Source: Thelocarpon superellum
Lineage: Eukaryota
Length of the DNA stretch: 64,000 nucleotides
Assembly: GCA_026025795.1 (NCBI GenBank)
Contig: JAPEUG010000025.1
Coordinates: forward strand, 1 to 64,000
Direction: 5' to 3'
A program made the position numbers and the translations under genes. This document shows, in pieces, positions 58,034 to 64,000 of this stretch. The notes beneath the pieces were generated by a model, which ran no database searches, was not told where the DNA came from, and worked only from the letters and a program-made list of their open reading frames with translations. How positions within the stretch are numbered: the stretch's first letter is position 1; every line of letters begins with the position of its first letter.

Positions 58034-58923
58034 GGCTGTACGGACGACCACGACGGTACGGATCCGGACGTTGGGACGATCAGATTTGTGTATAGCATAT
58101 GGCGGCTGCCTCCGAGGACAACCCCCGACGCATCGTCCTCACGGCGACGTGGGAGTTTCGTGCGGATCCAGTCGAGGCGCATCTGGGAGGAAGGCTCTTT
58201 GTGGGCTTGGTCGAGCTGGGGCGTTGGTTGTAGCATAGCGACATGCGTGTCATGATAATCCCACCGCGGGTAATAACGAGGTGGTCATGATGAAGAATAT
58301 GATGCGTGCGGAAGAGTCGTGCTACCCTTGCTCGGTGCGGCTACAGTCAGGTTGGAGTACTTGACAGCGATGGGAGTAGTCCAGGGGAGAGATTGGACCG
58401 CAGCTTCTGCTACCTGTAAGTCGCTAGCTGAGCAGTAACTGCGGTGGAACTCACGTTGGGTACTTCTGGGGCATCCCGCCGGCTCGTTCGTGGGGCGTGG
58501 GAGTGCAACGCTGACGATGAGGCCGACCACGTGCCGAGCGTTGGAAGGGCGGTTCATCTGATCCCCGCGGCCTCCCAACCATCCCCCAACGCCCAAGTCA
58601 CCCGCCAACCCCCCCGCCACGTGAGATGGTTTCGCCGACGCGGCCAGGCACGCTGAGGCGATAGGTCTCTCCCCGTCGGCCCCAGAGCGGAAGCCTGCTG
58701 GGGCTGTGGCATTGGCGTGGCGGCGGGTGACGCATCCGCTCCAGGCTGAGGCTGGTGCGTCCGCACCGGTCCCATCGTGCGCCAGTCATCATGGCCGCCT
58801 GACGAGGTCCGACTGCGGCATCATGCCGGCGATATCTGTCGAGGCCGCGGTCGCCCTCATGGACCCTCACGTCTGCTGCTGCCATGCCACCGGTCGCGCG
58901 GGTCGGGTCGATGATCCTCCACG

Positions 58924-60131
58924 ATGGTCCCCTTCCCACCGTTGCCCTCGCGATTCACCATCTCGCTCATCGACAAGCTCAGCTCGTACCTCGGCACATA
59001 TAATCCCATCTACCGGCGCTACAATCCCGACACGGACGCACTCTGGCTCTTTGACAATACGGCCTTCCGGTCGCCGGACGCACCAGACCGATGGACGGCG
59101 GAATTCGTGGCGGCGCACTTTCTGAAGAACTCGGGCCAGGAGCTGGGCGAGGTCGTGGCCAACCTGGGCTATCGCCTCGGCGTCAAGAGGGACAGCGTGG
59201 CGGAAGAGACGATGCGGGAGCGGCTGAAGCCTTTTGTCGGCACCATCCTCCCGGCGCGGAGTGTGTTTGTGCGGGTCGGCGGCCGCGAAGATCTGGTGAA
59301 GCTTGGTCCGGGGGGGCGGAACGGCATCAGCGCGGATCTGGTGGAGCTTCCGGGTCGATTTGATCGGGTCGGCAAGCATGCTATCACGACGGTGGCGGCC
59401 GTGGGCGAGGGGGCTGATGTCATGGCCATGACGACCTACCTCGCCGAACCCGAAGGCTGGGCGGTGATCTCAGGTGAGATGGGAAGCCCCTCCGTCCGCA
59501 AAGTCGACGACTGACTAGGCCTCCAGACATCGACGACACCATCAAAGTCACGCTGACGACTACCTCATCCTCCCTCGGGGTGCTCGAAAGCACCTTTGTC
59601 TCGAACCCGACGCCCATCGCCGGCATGCCGGACCTCTACCAACGCATCGACCGTCGTCTGTCACCCGCGTGGTTCTATGTATCCGCCTCCCCATACAACC
59701 TCTACCCTTTCCTCCGCTCCTTCATCCACGACACACCTTTCCCCCGGGGCCCGCTCATCCTGCGGGACTCGTCGTGGATGAACGTCGCGGGCTTCCTCGC
59801 CTCGATCACGCGGGGCACGTACACGTACAAGACCATCCGCATGCGCAAGATCCATTCCTGGCTGCCCCGTCGCCGCGTCATCTGCATCGGCGACAGCACG
59901 CAGTCGGACCCGGAGGCCTACGCGGCCATGTACCGGCTGTATGGGGGCGAGTGGATCCGGCATATCTTCATCCGCAAGGTGACGGACGTGTCGGATGCGG
60001 AGGACGAGGAGGGCCGGAATGGCGAGGGTCGGTTTGAAAAGGCGTTCGAGGGCGTGCCGGATGATGTGTGGAGGGTGTTTGAAGACCCCAGGGAGTTGTA
60101 TCGCGTGATTGACGGCTTGGCCGCTGCATAG
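58924..60131 (+). CDS. App1-type phosphatidate phosphatase (DUF2183) protein; 2 exons
   Basis: Catalytic VISDIDDTIK formed across intron 59474-59526; FYVSASPYNLYPFL and IGDSTQSDPEAY. Confidence 0.88.
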
Positions 60132-60139
60132 CCTGCCTA

Positions 60140-60725
60140 AGTCACGGCTTATGCATGGGACGGTCAGTCATAGTATGGCTTCCTCCGGGTTGGGTGGCTT
60201 TTGATAAGTGTCGCTTTGCAACGTAGACGGAACGAGACGTGGATTTGCGTTCACCGCTAGGTACAGTATTGGTGCGTAAGATGCGGAAGGCCAAATTACG
60301 CTGCATCCCACTTGAAGAGTCGACGCTCTTTCTACCAGCAACGGCGCAGTCGGCAGAGTTGACGAGCCAAATGTCCATCTTCCTCAGCGGCAGCAGTGAG
60401 AGGCAACCAGACCCGAGTCTTGCTCCCTGCGACGTCCTTCTCCGATCTTCCGTCATCCCATCCAGTCTGCCGTCCGCTAGGGAACAGACCGACGGAAGGT
60501 CCTGAAGGCATGAGAAGTGAAGCGATGTGATGTACGCCAAATTGCTCTATCGCGAAGAATACAGAGCTTGAATGTTGCAAGGCATGGGTCTCGCCTTGTG
60601 CTCCACCTTGTCTTGCGAATGCCTGTGTCTCCCCCGACGGCACGGGCCGATGCGGGGAGGCAGCAGACGCGGATACGGATGCGGATGAGTCACGGCTTGT
60701 GCATGGGACGGTCAGTCATAGTATG
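60140..60725. repeat. 38-bp direct repeats (60140-60177 and 60688-60725, one mismatch) flanking a 510-bp segment
   Basis: agtcacggctt(a/g)tgcatgggacggtcagtcatagtatg occurs twice. Confidence 0.9.
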
Positions 60726-60775
60726 CCGACGGTCATCGCCATCTCATTCAGATGCATCGGATGCACGGGGCTTCC

Positions 60776-62981
60776 TCATGAGGCGGCGGAGGCTAAGAAG
60801 CCCACTCGTCGCTCCGATCCCTCCTTACCTACCACGCTCGGCTCCAGACTCATGCGCATGCTACCACCGTGCGGCTGGCGGGTGGATGACGGCAGCAGAA
60901 GTCTCCCCCGATCCATCTCCGCCAGAGCGTCTTCAATCCCCGTCAATGCTAGATCGCCTTCGCCGCGGAGCGGAACGAGCTGTTGCGAGGAAGCGGTGGA
61001 TGGGAGAGCGAGGGGTAGGGTTTGGGGGAGGGGGCCGTCTGGTCGAACGGCCTGGTCAGGGTCGGCATTGGCGGGCGTCACCACGATCAGCAACCGGTGT
61101 TCACCCACCACCAGCACCTCTGGTAAGGCCCTGGACGCTCGCGACGTCGGCGAGTCGTCCCTGGAGGGGAAGATGTCGGCCGTGGTGACCATTTCGCCGC
61201 CCAGTCTGATGCCTTCCATCTTGGTCAATCGGTCCCGGCCATCGGCACTGTACAGACTACCGCCGTTCCTGCGGCGCGTCACCTGCGTCTCCCAGTATGC
61301 CCGCAGACTCGGCGTCATCACTATGCATCCATCGCGCCACATGACGATCGCCTCGTCCGCTGACGGCTCGCCTTTGCGGCCGGGCAGTGGCCGCACCGCG
61401 ATGCCGCCTTGCGCGTACCCCGATCCCGAGGGCGCCACGCCGGCAAACCACCGCCGCTCCTCTCGTCGTCGGGAGTAGGGGGTCCGGGGGGCAAAGTCAG
61501 TGGGCGTCGAGGCTCCGTCTCGCTTGCCCTTGCTCGAGGAGTCCTCCACCCAGCCGCTCAGGTTCCACGCCGTCTTGGCACTCCCATGCAGGCCGTCTCG
61601 CTGGCTGCCGTTGTGACCCGGGGCGCCACCCTCGATGTCCCAGACACCCCACTCGCCATCCGCCAGCAATGCCAGGATCCCCTTCCCTCCCAAGACCCAC
61701 TTGGCGTCGAGAATGCGCTTGCGGTGCTCCCGGTCGAAGGCCGGGTAGAGGGTGATCAACCACGAGCCGCGCTCCGATTTGCCAGGATCCATCAGCGAGC
61801 TCCGGCGGGACGATGCGCGCGACCCGCGTGACGGCGGCGGAACACACTCAAAGACCCGCACGTCTCCCTTGGTGCCGACCACCAGCAGCTGGGAGTGACG
61901 TCGTTGATGGCGCGAGGGGTTGAAGCAGAGGGATGACGCGGGCGATGAGAGCGTGTGGATGTCGATGGCCACCACATGATCGACGGCGATGACGTAATTC
62001 TTCGTCGATGCATCCGTCGGGCTGCTCACCGCGACGATGGGAGCGCGGAAGATGAAGAGCATGCCAGACACCTCGGGAGAGTGGGCGGCGACAAGGAGAT
62101 CCCACTCTTGATCACCGTTGATAGGGTCCGTGTCCGTCGAGCGCTGTCTGCTTCGCGCCCTCGTGGTGTGTCGATCCTCCATCCCCGCATCCTCGTCGTC
62201 GCCATCGCCCTCATCGACCAACGTGCTTTCTCGCGGCGTCACGGTCAGGTCGACGCCACGAGGTACGTCCTGGAGGGCCGTCGAGCTACCGAGCATCACG
62301 ACTTGTTCGTCCCACCGTCCCAGGCCATGCTTGGCTGCTGTGGTGCTGCCGGCTCGCTCGCGGGACGCCTTGAGGCCGTGCGACGGAGGCGTCAGGGGAA
62401 GGCTGATGAGTCGCACGGTCTGGTCGGAGCAGGCGGCGACCATGAAGAGTTTGTGTGCCATCATGAGCGGTACGGAAGAGTGGGAGGTGTGTGCGGCCTC
62501 GGGTGGGACCGGGGGAAATGACAGCTGCAAGACTTCGGTGCCAAGCGGGAGATCCAGATATTGGATGATGGGTGGAAATGGGGCGCAGGGGTCCATCAGC
62601 TCCTCCGCTTCAAATCCCTCCTCGACCGGAGGTGCTGATGCTCCCTTGCCCGGCTCATCCTCATCCGAGTCGATGATCATGATCACATCGCTACCAGCGC
62701 CATTGGACGTCTCTGGCTGGGACGACGCGGTCTCCGCCGGCGCCTGGAAGGGACGGCCGCCTCGCCACAGAATGCGGAGGCCATTGGCGTGACCATACAC
62801 GATGACGGCGGATCCATTGGGCGAGCGGACGGGATAGACCCTGGCGACGTGCACGCGATGTGGGAGTTCATAGCTAGCCCGGTCAGACCTCACGGCACAC
62901 CGCTGGCCGAGGAGGCACTCACCTCAGCTGGAAAAGCCGGTCGCTCCGGGACAGCCGTGGTTGCGTCCACGAGATGACCAT
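60776..62981 (-). CDS. NUP37: Nucleoporin Nup37 (beta-propeller), filamentous-fungal type; 2 exons
   Basis: SYELPHRVHVARVYPVRSPNGSAVIVYGHANGLRILWRGGR and VIMIIDSDED resemble fungal Nup37 N-termini; WD-like GEWGVWDI. Intron 62874-62922. Confidence 0.8.
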
Positions 62982-63194
62982 GATGGGTCCGATCTGGTCT
63001 CGTTAGGCTGGAAGGTAGAGAGGTGATTAGGTCATGTCGGGTGGGTGCTGTAGAGCTTGTAGTCGGTGGAGGCTGGTTGGCTTGGAGTTGACGGTAACGT
63101 CGCCTTTGACGTCAATAGGTCGCGAGAGGCCCAAAGCGGTCGATTCCGCTTGCTCGTTGTCGCGACGAAAACGCGTCGCCCAAGCTCAGTACTC

Positions 63195-63412
63195 ACCACG
63201 CACCACGCACCACGCATCACCCTCCACCCTCCACCCTCCACCCTCCACCCTCCACCCTCCACCCTCCACCCTCCACCCTCCACCCTCCACCCTCCACCCT
63301 CCACGCAGAACGCACCACCCTCCACGCACCACCCTCCACGCACCACCCTCCACGCACCACCCTCCACGCACCACCCTCCACGCACCACCCTCCACGCACC
63401 ACGCACCACCCG
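63195..63412. repeat. Compound heptamer satellite: (CCCTCCA)12 plus CCACGCA/CCCTCCA mixed units
   Basis: Perfect run at 63220-63303 within the NUP37/APC1 divergent intergenic region. Confidence 0.92.
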
Positions 63413-63554
63413 CAAGGTATCCAGCCACCCAGCTCCCCCCCGCAGCTTCGCAAACTCAATGGATGGCCCGTGACTTGACGGCACCATCACCACCAATCAC
63501 GATTCCACATGTCATGTGCCGAGTCCCGCCTCTCGTTCCCCGGCACGATATGAC

Positions 63555-64000
63555 ATGGCGTCCGTGACCTCTCTGGGGCTGCACCACCCCACCGCCCTCC
63601 CGTACCTCATCGAAGAAGGCCTCCTGCCTGCCGAGCCGTCGGCCGACCGGTACCGATGGACCACCTTCCTCGGCGGCGAGAAGGCGGACGAGGCGGAAGA
63701 GGAAGAGCTGTTGGTCACGGAGACCTGCGTCGTCTGGAGCCAGCGGGGTCTGGTGCGCAAGGTCTTTCGCTTCGAGGTCGAGAATGAAGCCGTCGCCCAT
63801 GCCGTGTTGACTCGCTTTCCGACCCACGAGAGCAGCCGGCACTGGTCGACTACGGAGACATCGTCGACGGCTGCGCCGTCACCGACCGACCCGTCCGACG
63901 CCGACGGGGGCCTGTCCCGCGCCGTCGTCGTCTTCCTCCAGACCCAGGCCCACGTCTATTTCTTGTCCGGTGCCAGCCATGTGGTCCACCTCCCCTTTGA
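63555..64000 (+). CDS. APC1: Anaphase-promoting complex subunit 1 (bimE), 5' part; runs off the window
   Basis: MASVTSLGLHHPTALPYLIEEGLLP...EEELLVTETCVVWSQRGLVRKVFRF...VVVFLQTQAHVYFLSGASHVVHLPF. Not in the ORF track. Confidence 0.88.
   Translation, partial: MASVTSLGLHHPTALPYLIEEGLLPAEPSADRYRWTTFLGGEKADEAEEEELLVTETCVVWSQRGLVRKVFRFEVENEAVAHAVLTRFPTHESSRHWSTTETSSTAAPSPTDPSDADGGLSRAVVVFLQTQAHVYFLSGASHVVHLPF

Noticed and set aside
63032..63567. ORFs with GGWRVE/HPPPSTL repeats
   Set aside because: Translations of the heptamer satellite in a promoter region.
1..64000. CRISPR arrays, rRNA genes, intact transposons or Starship captain genes
   Set aside because: No repeat-spacer array, rRNA signature, reverse transcriptase, transposase or tyrosine-recombinase motifs were seen.

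Overview
GC-rich, intron-containing eukaryotic DNA. Short GT-AG introns with CTRAY branch points and the gene content indicate a filamentous ascomycete (Pezizomycotina). Most of the window is housekeeping genes: the 3' end of a GGA adaptor, a DHA1 MFS transporter, DUF5672, KHA1, mitochondrial IF2, PP28/PDAP1, UNC-50/GMH1, a Sec7-PH ARF-GEF, a probable Rsc58/BRD7-like protein, a mitochondrial helical protein, enoyl/methylglutaconyl-CoA hydratase, a hydrolase-NB-ARC protein, an LEA-like protein, SNIP1/PML1, a coiled-coil protein, an App1-type phosphatase, NUP37 and the 5' end of APC1/bimE. An accessory-looking interval at about 40.1-51.4 kb holds a small secreted Cys-rich protein, an acidic orphan ORF, a decayed HeLo-associated-type kinase-like gene, and an intronless 1048-aa secreted protein with an AB-toxin-like layout (candidate effector domain, Cys-Cys loop, hydrophobic helices, Cys-rich region, beta/gamma-crystallin-like domains). 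Other notable structures are a likely splice switch giving hydrolase-only versus hydrolase-NB-ARC proteins, a 4-nt microexon in UNC-50, two headless terminal exons joined back to back, and a 510-bp insert bounded by 38-bp direct repeats. All family assignments come from motif recognition by eye, not from database searches.
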